Assembly (NCBI GenBank): GCA_051532035.1
Contig: JAOPTW010000006.1
Coordinates: 183,960-247,959 of the forward strand
DNA from: Fibrobacterales bacterium
Lineage (GTDB): Bacteria; Fibrobacterota; Fibrobacteria; Fibrobacterales; JAOPTW01
Direction: 5' to 3'
Length of the DNA stretch: 64,000 nucleotides
Shown here: piece after piece, positions 1 to 9,504 of the stretch
Layout: every line of letters begins with the position of its first letter
Position numbering within the stretch: position 1 is the stretch's first letter
The notes under the pieces: generated by a model
The model's database searches: none
What the model was told of the DNA's origin: nothing
Seen by the model: only the letters and a program-made list of their open reading frames with translations
Position numbers and translations under genes: made by a program

Positions 1-1
1 G

Positions 2-871
2 TTTTTTATAATGCGCTAACACGCTCCCCTTCAAGGAACGAATTGTTGATTTATTTGTAACCGTATACTCTTTACCAGCAAGACCTTTCGAATTATAGTC
101 CCCTTGTATTTTAAAAACAATTGAACCACCGAGAACTTTACCTGTGACAATTTCTGCTCCACTAATTGCAGTATAGTCATCATTCATCCGTTGCATTACT
201 GAATCATCGCCAGGGTTATAAATATTACCCTTCCTATTTAAAAACTTAAAGTCATTATCACTATGTATCACACTTACCATACTTTGAGAAGTAAGTTTTT
301 GACTAAGCTTCGCCGTATAACTTATAGTATTGTGAAATGTTTGAAAACTCCCCAGAGACATATCGACACGAGTACTCTCTTTTTGGTTTTTCTTAGAAAT
401 TAAATTGATCACCCCTCCAACAGAGCTCACGCCGAACTTCGCAGGTATGAAACTTTTATATATTTCAATACGTTCATACAGTGAAAGATCAATTTTCCCT
501 AAATCAACTGCCCCCCCTGCAGCGCTATTTATTGGCACATCATCAATACATACCATAACTCGAGAACCACTTTGGCCTCGAATGGTCACACTTTGAAAAG
601 AACCAATGCCCCCAAATTGTCTCGTTTGAACAGCAGTCTGTTTTGCTAAAATATCTGCAAGACTATTTTCTTTACCCAACCACTCAGACTCTTTAATAAT
701 TACCGTCGATTGATTTTTGTAAAGGGTTGAGGCTGTAGGGAGTTTTTCAGATACTATGATGGTATCACTCGGCAGAGCAAAACCGCTTGTGCAAAGAGAA
801 AAAAACAGTATCACCACATAAATATATGTGTTCCACAAAAAAGAGTTGGAGTGCCAAACGTAAAAAGCCAT
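2..871 (-). CDS. TonB-dependent receptor, BtuB-like (N-terminal part; runs off the left edge; not in ORF track)
   Basis: My translation from ATG 871: MAFYVWHSNSFLWNTYIYVVILFFSLCTSGFALPSDTIIVS...LADILAKQTAVQTRQFGGIGSFQSVTIRG...VMVCIDDVPIN...ERIEIYKS...GGVINLIS, a typical TonB plug domain. It lies directly downstream of a cobalamin riboswitch. Exact start uncertain. Confidence 0.85.
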   Translation of the reverse strand, partial: MAFYVWHSNSFLWNTYIYVVILFFSLCTSGFALPSDTIIVSEKLPTASTLYKNQSTVIIKESEWLGKENSLADILAKQTAVQTRQFGGIGSFQSVTIRGQSGSRVMVCIDDVPINSAAGGAVDLGKIDLSLYERIEIYKSFIPAKFGVSSVGGVINLISKKNQKESTRVDMSLGSFQTFHNTISYTAKLSQKLTSQSMVSVIHSDNDFKFLNRKGNIYNPGDDSVMQRMNDDYTAISGAEIVTGKVLGGSIVFKIQGDYNSKGLAGKEYTVTNKSTIRSLKGSVLAHYKK

Positions 872-915
872 ATCTCGTACTTTGACCCGAAGATCGAGAT
901 TAAAGGGTTGTATAT

Positions 916-1072
916 GGCAGGTCTTCTGACTTAAGCTTCATCCTACTACCGATGCCTTCCCACACTATAGGTGTAGTGGCGTAATGATTTTCGGTTTCGT
1001 CTGCTTTTACAGCGGCGGGACCGTTTGCGAGTTTCACGCAATTCCCTGTTAGGCCCTTCCGGGCACCATAAT
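916..1072 (-). promoter_or_regulatory. Cobalamin (B12) riboswitch
   Basis: Minus strand carries the hallmark blocks GGTG...AACAGGGAA...GTGAAA...CGGTCCCGCCGCTGTA...GCCACT...GGGAAGGC...AGTCAGAAGACCTGCC, upstream of a TonB receptor. Confidence 0.93.
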
Positions 1073-1173
1073 TTCAGAGCAATGGTAGCTATATTGGCCA
1101 GCAATGTAAAGTGGCCCTCGGGAAATTAGATCTAAAAAGGTATATTTACAGCACCACCCATTAAGGAGATGAG

Positions 1174-2037
1174 ATGACCTTTTTTGACTCGTTGGAACAG
1201 CGTATTACTACTGTAGGCAACCCTATTTGTATGGGCATGGACCCTGTACTCAGTAAAATCCCTTTCGAAGGGAGCTCCCCCGAAGAGACCATTAAAACAT
1301 TCTACATGACCCTTCTTGAGGCTATGGATGCTGAAAACATCTATCCTGCTGCCGTAAAACCCAATAGTGCCTATTACGAAGCTATCTCAGTTTCTGCTAT
1401 GCAGGTACTGTACGACCTCATTGAAGCATATTCTGAGCGGGGAATTCACATCTGTTTAGATGCAAAACGTGGTGATATTGGCAAATCATCTGCAGCCTAC
1501 GCAAAAGCCGCTTTTGACGTCTATAAAGCCGATTCTGTTACAGTATCACCCTATATGGGCGAAGACTCAGTAAAGCCTTTCTCGGAGTATGCAGAAGGGA
1601 AAGGGGTATACATGCTCCTCAGGACATCAAACAAAGGTGCACAAGACATCCAGGATATTCTCACCACAGATGAGACACAGCTCTTTTATTCAGTAGGTAA
1701 AAAGCTCCTTAATTGGAATGAAAATGATGCCCTGGGTGCAGTTGTAGGTGCTACAAATACCCAAGAGATGGAAAACATCACCCGCTTTTTTGTTGAGGCT
1801 GGAAAAGAGATCCCTTTTCTTATTCCTGGTATCTCAGTGAGTGGAGTCCCTGGTCAACAAGGTGGCGATATTCAAAGTACCCTTACTGCACTTAAAAATG
1901 GGGGCAGCACTCGTAATTTCCACCTACTCAACAGCTCAAGTGGACTCAATTATGCCTACCAGGCATTCACAGGCCTCTCCTATGAGCAAGCATTTATTAA
2001 GGCACTTCAGCAACTTGTTGCCGATTGTACGCCTTAA
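1174..2037 (+). CDS. pyrF: Orotidine-5'-phosphate decarboxylase (type 2)
   Basis: CMGMDP, KPNSAYYE, LDAKRGDIG, VTVSPYMG, RTSN and GAVVGAT motifs; AAGGAG RBS. Confidence 0.92.
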   Translation: MTFFDSLEQRITTVGNPICMGMDPVLSKIPFEGSSPEETIKTFYMTLLEAMDAENIYPAAVKPNSAYYEAISVSAMQVLYDLIEAYSERGIHICLDAKRGDIGKSSAAYAKAAFDVYKADSVTVSPYMGEDSVKPFSEYAEGKGVYMLLRTSNKGAQDIQDILTTDETQLFYSVGKKLLNWNENDALGAVVGATNTQEMENITRFFVEAGKEIPFLIPGISVSGVPGQQGGDIQSTLTALKNGGSTRNFHLLNSSSGLNYAYQAFTGLSYEQAFIKALQQLVADCTP

Positions 2038-2105
2038 AACAAGAATGTATGGCCTTTTTAGAATAATATGATATAATAAAACAAATTATTCTTGGGTCTT
2101 TTCGT

Positions 2106-3335
2106 ATGGGCGACAAGCCAACCATTCTCTATGTTGATGATGAACTAGAAAATATCACCGTTTTTAAAGCGACCTTTAAGCGGCATTATAAGGTTATATC
2201 TGCGCTTTCAGGTAATGAAGGCCTTAATAAACTTAAAGAGAATGACGTTCAACTTATAATATCTGATCAAAAAATGCCCGAAATGACTGGTGTTGAGTTT
2301 TTTCAGACCACCTTACAAGACAACCCCGACACCCCACGTATTTTACTTACCGGCTATACCGATATTGAGTCTCTCATTGATGCCATTAATAAAGGGTACA
2401 TTTTTCAGTATGTGTCCAAACCCTGGAAGTTTGAAGACCTCAAAATGATTATCGATAGAGGGCTCGAACAAAATGCATTAAAAAAAGAGAACAAGTCACT
2501 TATCGAACGATTAAGCCAACACAATGAAGAACTCGAGCAACTCGTTGAAGATCGTGTGAGTGATCTTCGGGCATCATACCAAGAGTTAATAATTGCAAAA
2601 GAAATAGCAGATGAATCGAATCAGGCCAAAAGCCTTTTCCTTGCAAATATGTCTCATGAGCTTCGCACGCCGCTCAGTGCCATTCTAGGATACAGCGAAC
2701 TCATAACTGAAGACCTTGAAGATTCTGAAGATGAGATTGCTGAGACTATTATTCCTGACTTAGAAAAAATCCACCTTTCTGCAGAGCACCTTTTAACCAT
2801 TATTAATGAGATACTCGACTTTTCAAAAATTGAATCAGGAAAAATGGAAGTCAATATTGCTGAAATTGAAATAAAAAGAACGATACATGACATAATTAAT
2901 AATGTACAGCCTCTTGTGGATAAAAACAGTAATACTCTCGTTATTGAACTTCCCGATGCAGAGATGACACTCATTTCTGATTACCAAAAAGTAAAGCAAA
3001 GCATTATCAACCTTTTAAGCAATGCTGCAAAATTCACCAAAGAGGGAACAATTACTCTCAGTGTTTCCCTCATAGATCCAGGCATGCTCCGTATCAGTGT
3101 GACCGATACTGGTATTGGCATAAATGCCGACACCATCGAATCAATCTTTACCCCTTTTACCCAAGCAAATGCAAACATTTCAACACTATACGGTGGCACA
3201 GGGCTCGGCCTCAGCCTTACACGTAAAATAGCAGAACTACTGGGAGGCTCACTCACTGTTGAAAGTGTTGAGAACGAAGGGTCTACTTTTCACTTCACCA
3301 TTCCTCAACATGGTGTTATTCCTGCATCTCATTAG
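2106..3335 (+). CDS. Cytoplasmic hybrid protein: receiver domain + histidine kinase
   Basis: N-terminal REC (YVDDE...ISDQKMP...KPW), coiled coil, H-box FLANMSHELRTP, N-box NLLSNAAKFT, DTGIGI and GGTGLGL. Confidence 0.92.
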   Translation: MGDKPTILYVDDELENITVFKATFKRHYKVISALSGNEGLNKLKENDVQLIISDQKMPEMTGVEFFQTTLQDNPDTPRILLTGYTDIESLIDAINKGYIFQYVSKPWKFEDLKMIIDRGLEQNALKKENKSLIERLSQHNEELEQLVEDRVSDLRASYQELIIAKEIADESNQAKSLFLANMSHELRTPLSAILGYSELITEDLEDSEDEIAETIIPDLEKIHLSAEHLLTIINEILDFSKIESGKMEVNIAEIEIKRTIHDIINNVQPLVDKNSNTLVIELPDAEMTLISDYQKVKQSIINLLSNAAKFTKEGTITLSVSLIDPGMLRISVTDTGIGINADTIESIFTPFTQANANISTLYGGTGLGLSLTRKIAELLGGSLTVESVENEGSTFHFTIPQHGVIPASH

Positions 3336-3398
3336 AAATTTTCTATTGTCCAAACTGATCATCTCATTTTCATTTATTCGATAACCAATGAACCGAAA

Positions 3399-3785
3399 TT
3401 ATAACGTGCGATTCAATTGTTTTTCAATTTTCTCGAGTAAGGATTTAATCACAATAGGCTTAGTCTCAAAGTCGTCACACCCTGCATTCATCGCTTTTTG
3501 CCTATCCGATTCCTGGGCATATGCAGTAAGAGCCACAATAGGAGTTGCACCGACTTCACTATGCTCTCGAATAGTCTTTGTCGCTTCATACCCATCAATT
3601 TCAGGGAGGCCTAAATCCATTAAGATAAGGTCGGGCTTTTCGGATATAGCCAAATCAATCGCTTCACGCCCGTTAAATGCAGGAACTACATCATAGCCCT
3701 TTCGAGTAAGTCTGCGTTGCAGCATCTCACTATTAATTTTAACATCCTCGACTAATAATATCTTAGCCAAACTAACCTCGTCCAT
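3399..3785 (-). CDS. Single-domain response regulator (DivK-like)
   Basis: ILLVED...PDLILMDLGLPEIDG...IVALTA...AGCDDFETKP; no output domain. Confidence 0.9.
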   Translation of the reverse strand: MDEVSLAKILLVEDVKINSEMLQRRLTRKGYDVVPAFNGREAIDLAISEKPDLILMDLGLPEIDGYEATKTIREHSEVGATPIVALTAYAQESDRQKAMNAGCDDFETKPIVIKSLLEKIEKQLNRTL

Positions 3786-3881
3786 TAGATTTGTTCTTAC
3801 TTCTAATACTACAACTAATCCCCATTAATTGCACCGTTTTTTTCGGAATCAATAATCCCATTCATTTTCACTTTTTGCTCT

Positions 3882-3908
3882 TAAAATTCTCGCAATTTCT
3901 GCCGTTAT
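3882..3908 (+). promoter_or_regulatory. Putative sigma28 (FliA)-type promoter
   Basis: TAAA-N15-GCCGTTAT versus consensus TAAA-N15-GCCGATAA, 55 nt upstream of ATG 3963. Confidence 0.45.
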
Positions 3909-3962
3909 TCGATATACTCTAAGCAAGTATTGTAGGCGTGAATACCATTGAATTGGCTCTCT

Positions 3963-4397
3963 ATGAAACAACTTTTATATAAAAATGTAAAACTCATTCT
4001 CCTAGTCATACTAGTCATAGGGTCAGCCTTTGGCTCAGGTGAAGATATTATTCTCGTTGTATCTAAAGAAAGTACAGTGGACTCAGTATCAGAATCAGAA
4101 ATAAAAAAACTTTACTTTGGCAAACAAGCATTACTCAATACTCAATTCACTACGCCTACTATTTTAAAAATTAAATCGACTCATAAAAAATTCCTCGATA
4201 CCTTCCTTAAAATAAACACGCGACAGTTTGCACGCATTTGGCAAAAACTTGTATTCACTGGCAAAGCACAAATGCCTAAACAGTATACATCAGAGAGCGG
4301 TCTTATTGAAATGCTCCAAGAAAACCCCAATAAAGTTGGATACATTCAAAGGAAAAACATCACCGAAACCATAAAGGAATTAGAGGTGACTCCATGA
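3963..4397 (+). CDS. Small exported periplasmic-binding-protein-like protein (copy 1)
   Basis: Signal peptide; IILVVSK..S.SEIKKLYFGK, WQKLVFTGKAQMP and NPNKVGYI resemble the short phosphate-binding-protein-like family; paralog of 7116..7580. Confidence 0.7.
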   Translation: MKQLLYKNVKLILLVILVIGSAFGSGEDIILVVSKESTVDSVSESEIKKLYFGKQALLNTQFTTPTILKIKSTHKKFLDTFLKINTRQFARIWQKLVFTGKAQMPKQYTSESGLIEMLQENPNKVGYIQRKNITETIKELEVTP

Positions 4398-5725
4398 ACT
4401 ATTTTTACTCTCTCCTATTCGTAATATCGTGTACAAGTTCACTCTATTCAAAAGGACTTGCTATTCATGGAAGTATATCACAAAGCTATATACACTCAAT
4501 TGATAATAATTTTGTGTTTTTCGGGTCTGAAGGTGGATCACTTAATTACTCTGAAGCGTACATCAATTTTACACAACAATTTGATGGGCGCCTACACTTT
4601 GGAATACAGCTTGCTGCACGAAGCTTTGGCACCGAAGAGAAATTTGAACCAAAGGTTGATTGGGCTTATGGCGACTACCGGCTTCATGAGCTATTAGGTA
4701 TTCAAATAGGAAGTATTAAGGTCCCTTTTGGCATTTATAATGAGGTACGAGATATAGACTTTGCCCGCCCAAATATTTTACTCGACCAAGGTATCTACCC
4801 TGAAAGCTTTAGAATGGCACTTGATTCATACACAGGAGGCTCACTCTACGGTTCCCTAGAATTCTCACCCTGTATATTTGATTATCGCATCTACTTCGGG
4901 GCTACAGACATACCTGACAACTATACCAGTGTTCAGACAGTAAAAAATCTCTATAACTCCCCTAACACTTCAATTAGTGATGCATATATGGGGGGTTCTC
5001 ATTCACAACTCTTAATTGGCGACCACCTTTCTCTTGGTCACACCTACCTCTTTCTCCAGGCCTACGATGATTTAGAATCAGAAAATCTTGGTAGTAATTT
5101 TAGTCAAATAGAGTCTGTCAATCCCGAGGAAGCAGGACTTATACAAGCAACTCTCGATGGCCCTTTAAGCTACACCCCTCAGGCACACCGCTTTACGATG
5201 CAAGTAAATATTGCAAGTCTAGAGTTTCGTTTTGAAAAACTTACTCTTGCCGCAGAGTATGAATACTTCACCTTAAAAACCTTCGCATCTGATAAACTAA
5301 AAACAAAGATTATTGAAATTGGTCAACAAAGTCCTTTTATTCAATACAACCCACACAATCTAACACAAGACAAGATAGAAGCCATTCCGCATCAAGTCGC
5401 CGCACTTTTGATTAACAATGATGTGATTACCAAACAAGCCGGGTATCTCCACCTCTTTTATCAATGGCATGATCGCTTTGGCACCCATACAGGCATTGGG
5501 TATGTTACTCAAGAAAACACCAATAGTAACAACCCCGATCAAAATTTTAGAATTAGCGAACAATGGAGTTATGTCGCTGGTTCACATTTTTATATCACCG
5601 ACAATTTTATGATTAAAGGCGAGTATCACTATTTTGATGGTGAGTACAGCTCGTATAGACCAGTAGGAAAAAATCCACAATCAGATGGACACCTTTTTAT
5701 TGCACGTGGGTCCTATCTATTTTAA
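4394..5725 (+). CDS. Putative outer-membrane beta-barrel/porin (copy 1)
   Basis: Signal peptide, amphipathic strands, DWAYGDYR and G.IKVPFGIYNE.RDID motifs, C-terminal beta-signal ARGSYLF; ATGA overlap with the upstream gene. Confidence 0.75.
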   Translation: MNYFYSLLFVISCTSSLYSKGLAIHGSISQSYIHSIDNNFVFFGSEGGSLNYSEAYINFTQQFDGRLHFGIQLAARSFGTEEKFEPKVDWAYGDYRLHELLGIQIGSIKVPFGIYNEVRDIDFARPNILLDQGIYPESFRMALDSYTGGSLYGSLEFSPCIFDYRIYFGATDIPDNYTSVQTVKNLYNSPNTSISDAYMGGSHSQLLIGDHLSLGHTYLFLQAYDDLESENLGSNFSQIESVNPEEAGLIQATLDGPLSYTPQAHRFTMQVNIASLEFRFEKLTLAAEYEYFTLKTFASDKLKTKIIEIGQQSPFIQYNPHNLTQDKIEAIPHQVAALLINNDVITKQAGYLHLFYQWHDRFGTHTGIGYVTQENTNSNNPDQNFRISEQWSYVAGSHFYITDNFMIKGEYHYFDGEYSSYRPVGKNPQSDGHLFIARGSYLF

Positions 5726-5734
5726 GGAGATACT

Positions 5735-7108
5735 ATGAATCATGGCAGAAAACTACTCATACTGCTACTAACAACCCTCTATATGTCAGGATGGTCAGAT
5801 GATGAGAGCATTGAGATACATGGAGCTATTTCTCAGAGCTTTATATACTCTAAGAATAATCACTACATCTTTGAAGGTTCAAAAGGAGGTTCTCTTGATT
5901 TCTCCGAAGCCTATATAAACTTTTCAAAACAATTTGGAAGTGACCTTCGTGTAGGACTTCAAATTGCAGCACGCAACTTTGGAACCCAAGAGGACTTTAG
6001 CCCCAAACTCGACTGGGCCTATGGAGATTACCGTCTCCATAGAACCATCGGTGTCAGGTTGGGTAAAGTAAAACTCCCCTTTGGGATATATAATGAAGCA
6101 CGAGACATTGATTTTGCAAAAGCCTCAATCATACTCGATCAAGGGATCTACCCAGAAAACTTTAGACTAGTCATAAACTCCTACTCGGGAGGAAGTCTCT
6201 ATGGAACCTTTAACATAAACGAAAAGAACAATGCTGAACTTGATTATGAAGTCTATTATGGCACAACAAGTATTCCTGAGAATTATCGCAGTATCCAATT
6301 TACTAGACGCAATTTCAATTCGCCTACTACTGATATGAATAATGTTACTCTTTGGGGAACCTCTGCGCAACTACGCCCCTTCGACAACCTCCTCCTTGGC
6401 CATTCCTTCATGCACAATACTACGCACCTCAGTATCAACAGTTCAACGTTAAAAGACTTGGACGAAACAGGCAGTGGCTTTTTTGACTTCCCTGTCCCCT
6501 TCATAGAGAAAGCAGTAAAATCAAAATACACTGCCCACGTACTCAGTGCTGAGATGCGTATAAAAAGCTTCACCCTAATCAGTGAATATGAATCGAGCTC
6601 CTTACACTCTTCTAATACTAAGGAATTCTCTGATGCAGTATATAATGGAATTTCAGCAAACTTTGAAAACACCGCCTACAGAGATGCTATTCTTGAAAGT
6701 GTCGGAATACCTGTTGCGGGCCTAGACTCACTCACACTCGTTCAAAGGGCTGCGGGATTAGCTCGAACATTTACCGATGAATTCTCTGCACCAATTGTTG
6801 CTGATAAATCATCATGGTATATACAAGCACTCTATCAACTGACTGATGACCTTGGACTGTTCACGGGGTATGGGTACACCACCCAGTCCAACAATGCAAA
6901 CATTAAACGACTCCAAGAGGAACAGAATACTAGAAAAGCCAAACAAAAAGATTATTCAATCGGTGTCAACTACTATGTTAGTGACAACTTCCTATTAAAA
7001 GGAGAGTATCACTATATTGATGGACTCTATGGCGTATATAATCCCATGACTGATATGATGATTGACGATGGTAACCTTTGGCTTGCTCGCGCATCCTATT
7101 CATTTTGA
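5735..7108 (+). CDS. Putative outer-membrane beta-barrel/porin (copy 2)
   Basis: Clear paralog of 4394..5725 (SEAYINF, DWAYGDYRLH, PFGIYNE.RDIDFA, LDQGIYPE); C-terminus ARASYSF; AAGGAG RBS. Confidence 0.75.
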   Translation: MNHGRKLLILLLTTLYMSGWSDDESIEIHGAISQSFIYSKNNHYIFEGSKGGSLDFSEAYINFSKQFGSDLRVGLQIAARNFGTQEDFSPKLDWAYGDYRLHRTIGVRLGKVKLPFGIYNEARDIDFAKASIILDQGIYPENFRLVINSYSGGSLYGTFNINEKNNAELDYEVYYGTTSIPENYRSIQFTRRNFNSPTTDMNNVTLWGTSAQLRPFDNLLLGHSFMHNTTHLSINSSTLKDLDETGSGFFDFPVPFIEKAVKSKYTAHVLSAEMRIKSFTLISEYESSSLHSSNTKEFSDAVYNGISANFENTAYRDAILESVGIPVAGLDSLTLVQRAAGLARTFTDEFSAPIVADKSSWYIQALYQLTDDLGLFTGYGYTTQSNNANIKRLQEEQNTRKAKQKDYSIGVNYYVSDNFLLKGEYHYIDGLYGVYNPMTDMMIDDGNLWLARASYSF

Positions 7109-7115
7109 GGCCACC

Positions 7116-7580
7116 ATGAATCATTACTCTTACACCCCACCCCAAAAGCCTTTTTCAAAATCACTATATAAAGTGATACTACTACTGCTGTTTTTCGTTA
7201 CCACCACTATGAGTTTTGCCAATGATATCGTAATTGTCGTTTCTAAAAGCAGTACCCTCACAAGCATTCAAGTCAGTGACTTAAAAAAACTTTATATTGG
7301 AAAAAATACCACCATAGATAAAACTTTTACCTCACCAATTATTCAAAAAAACAAAACTGAACACAAACTATTTTTAGAGAAATATTTACACATGAATACC
7401 CGTCAATTTGCTCGTACATGGCAAAAACTCGTATTTACCGGTAAAGCACAAATGCCTCAAAAAGCAAATTCCTCTAAAGAGTTAATTAAATACCTTACAG
7501 ATAGTCCCCATAGTATTGGCTATATGCTTGAAAGTCGTGTCACTCCTGAGGTCAAGATTGTACCTATAAATGGATTGTAA
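7116..7580 (+). CDS. Small exported periplasmic-binding-protein-like protein (copy 2)
   Basis: Signal peptide; NTRQFARTWQKLVFTGKAQMP nearly identical to copy 1; GAGG RBS before ATG 7116. Confidence 0.7.
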   Translation: MNHYSYTPPQKPFSKSLYKVILLLLFFVTTTMSFANDIVIVVSKSSTLTSIQVSDLKKLYIGKNTTIDKTFTSPIIQKNKTEHKLFLEKYLHMNTRQFARTWQKLVFTGKAQMPQKANSSKELIKYLTDSPHSIGYMLESRVTPEVKIVPINGL

Positions 7581-7723
7581 GATGCGAACGCTCGTTTATA
7601 TGAAACAAACTGAGATAAATTCTCATATTGAACTAACAAAAAATCTAAACCAAAAGATCAACTCACTATGATACGAATATTCTTTGCACTTTAATGCCGT
7701 ACTCACCATAAAGTAACAACACT

Positions 7724-9340
7724 ATGACTCTACGTACCAAATTTTTACTTGTTCTTATTCCTCTGCTAGTAGTTTCACTTTCAGCAGTAATCTTTGCAAT
7801 CTATGGCAGCACCAATATTAAAATCAAAACAGGTTTCGTGAAGAATGACATTTTCCCTATCCTAAACAGAGCAGGTACTTTGAACGATTATATAAAGGCT
7901 ACCAAATCTGGTTTTGTTGATGCTATTAATGGTGACGAATTTTTTGTTGATCAGATAACCCAAACCCAAAGTGCCTTTAATAAAGATATTGATACACTCT
8001 ACAGTATCACCCAAGATTATGGACTCAAAGAAATTAAAATCAACTACAACAACTTTGTTTCCCTTGCCATCACCACAGGTACAAAGCTTGTAGAGAACCC
8101 TGATGAGTTCTCTGATGACATCAGTACTATTTCAGAGAAGGCACAAATTCTAAGCATTCAAATTGAATCCTACGTACAATCTAAAGAAAGACAATTGAAT
8201 ACTTCTCTGCTCTCTATTGATGCATCTTCTGAAGACTTTGTTAATGCATTTGTTATTGTAGGACTTTCACTCCTTATTGTAATAGTTATTCTCACAAGAA
8301 TTATCCTCTCCTCTACACGAACCATTCGTAATCTTGCTACCGATGCTGAGGGACTCTCAAAGGGGGATCTCAAAAAAGAAATTCCAACCACACGATCAGA
8401 TGAGTTGGGTATTCTGGAAGGGAGTTTTGAGCGTATGCGTTCATCACTCAATGGCCTCATTAATAATCTTGAATCAAAAGTCGAAGATCGCACAAAAGAT
8501 ATCAATCGTAAAAATAAAGCACTCAACGACACTCTCAGTAAACTGAAGCAAGCCCAAACTCAACTAATTCAATCTGAAAAAATGGTATCACTCGGTCAAC
8601 TCACGGCCGGTATCGCTCACGAAATCAACAACCCCATCAATTTTGTTCTCAATGGCATTACCCCACTTGAATCAAACATTGTCGACCTCTTTGACCTCAT
8701 CAAACTGTATATGCAGTACCACAAAGAACCATCAGAGGCACTTGTCGAAAAAATAGTAGATCTAAAAGATGACATTGAATACGATGACCTTGAACCAGAA
8801 ATCATGCAGCTCTGTAACAGTATAAAAATTGGCGCTAAACGAACTTCGGAAATTGTCAATGGGTTGCGCACCTTTTCACGCACAGATGAGTCTGATAAAA
8901 AAATGGCCGATATTCACGAAGGCATCGATTCAACACTTGCCATCCTCAATCCAAAAATGAAAGGAAGAGTTGATGTTATAAAAGAGTATGGCCCCATCCC
9001 CCACATAGAGTGTTTTCCAGGACAACTCAATCAGGTCTTTATGAATGTTCTCGCCAATGCTCATCAAGCTATCGGCGAAAACAAAGGGACTATCACTGTA
9101 GCAACTAAAAAGGTTGATGACAATCATGTTACAGTAACCATTACGGATTCAGGTCCCGGCATGACTGAAGACACAAAAGAAAAGATTTTTGAACCGTTCT
9201 TTACAACCAAAGATGTAGGAGAAGGCACGGGTCTCGGTATGTCAATTACCTTTGGTATTATTCAGAAACACAATGGGTCAATTACTATAGATTCAGAAAT
9301 TGGTGTTGGCACGACTTTCACCATCACTCTTCCAATGTAA
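7724..9340 (+). CDS. Membrane sensor histidine kinase (TM-periplasmic helical sensor-TM-HAMP-HisKA-HATPase, NtrB-like)
   Basis: Two TM helices, HAMP (GDL..EIP..RSDELG.L..SFE.M), [53 protein letters not shown]. Confidence 0.92.
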   Translation: MTLRTKFLLVLIPLLVVSLSAVIFAIYGSTNIKIKTGFVKNDIFPILNRAGTLNDYIKATKSGFVDAINGDEFFVDQITQTQSAFNKDIDTLYSITQDYGLKEIKINYNNFVSLAITTGTKLVENPDEFSDDISTISEKAQILSIQIESYVQSKERQLNTSLLSIDASSEDFVNAFVIVGLSLLIVIVILTRIILSSTRTIRNLATDAEGLSKGDLKKEIPTTRSDELGILEGSFERMRSSLNGLINNLESKVEDRTKDINRKNKALNDTLSKLKQAQTQLIQSEKMVSLGQLTAGIAHEINNPINFVLNGITPLESNIVDLFDLIKLYMQYHKEPSEALVEKIVDLKDDIEYDDLEPEIMQLCNSIKIGAKRTSEIVNGLRTFSRTDESDKKMADIHEGIDSTLAILNPKMKGRVDVIKEYGPIPHIECFPGQLNQVFMNVLANAHQAIGENKGTITVATKKVDDNHVTVTITDSGPGMTEDTKEKIFEPFFTTKDVGEGTGLGMSITFGIIQKHNGSITIDSEIGVGTTFTITLPM

Positions 9341-9415
9341 CTAAAACAGATTGTACTCCCTTTCCCTGCCCAGCAATGTTTGCCCAGTGGGCAAACGAGC
9401 AAATACAAACTTCGA

Positions 9416-9504
9416 TAGAGAGTAGGTGGCTTCAAGGCGGAGCGACTGCAGGCGTACAAATGGTACGTCAAGAGAACTCCAACGCTGAAGATGCCTGCTA
9501 TTTA
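9416..9504. repeat. Palindromic element, copy A
   Basis: Imperfect 19-nt terminal inverted repeat, CAAGG at 9433, inner hairpin CGTAC-N5-GTACG at 9453-9467, AACGCTG at 9481; right end holds the stop of the 9502..10635 gene. Confidence 0.7.

Noticed and set aside
405..596. 63-aa plus-strand ORF
   Set aside because: Antisense to the TonB receptor plug domain.
3963..7580. Phosphate ABC transporter (pstS-like) annotation
   Set aside because: The proteins are about half PstS size and no pstCAB/phoU is present.
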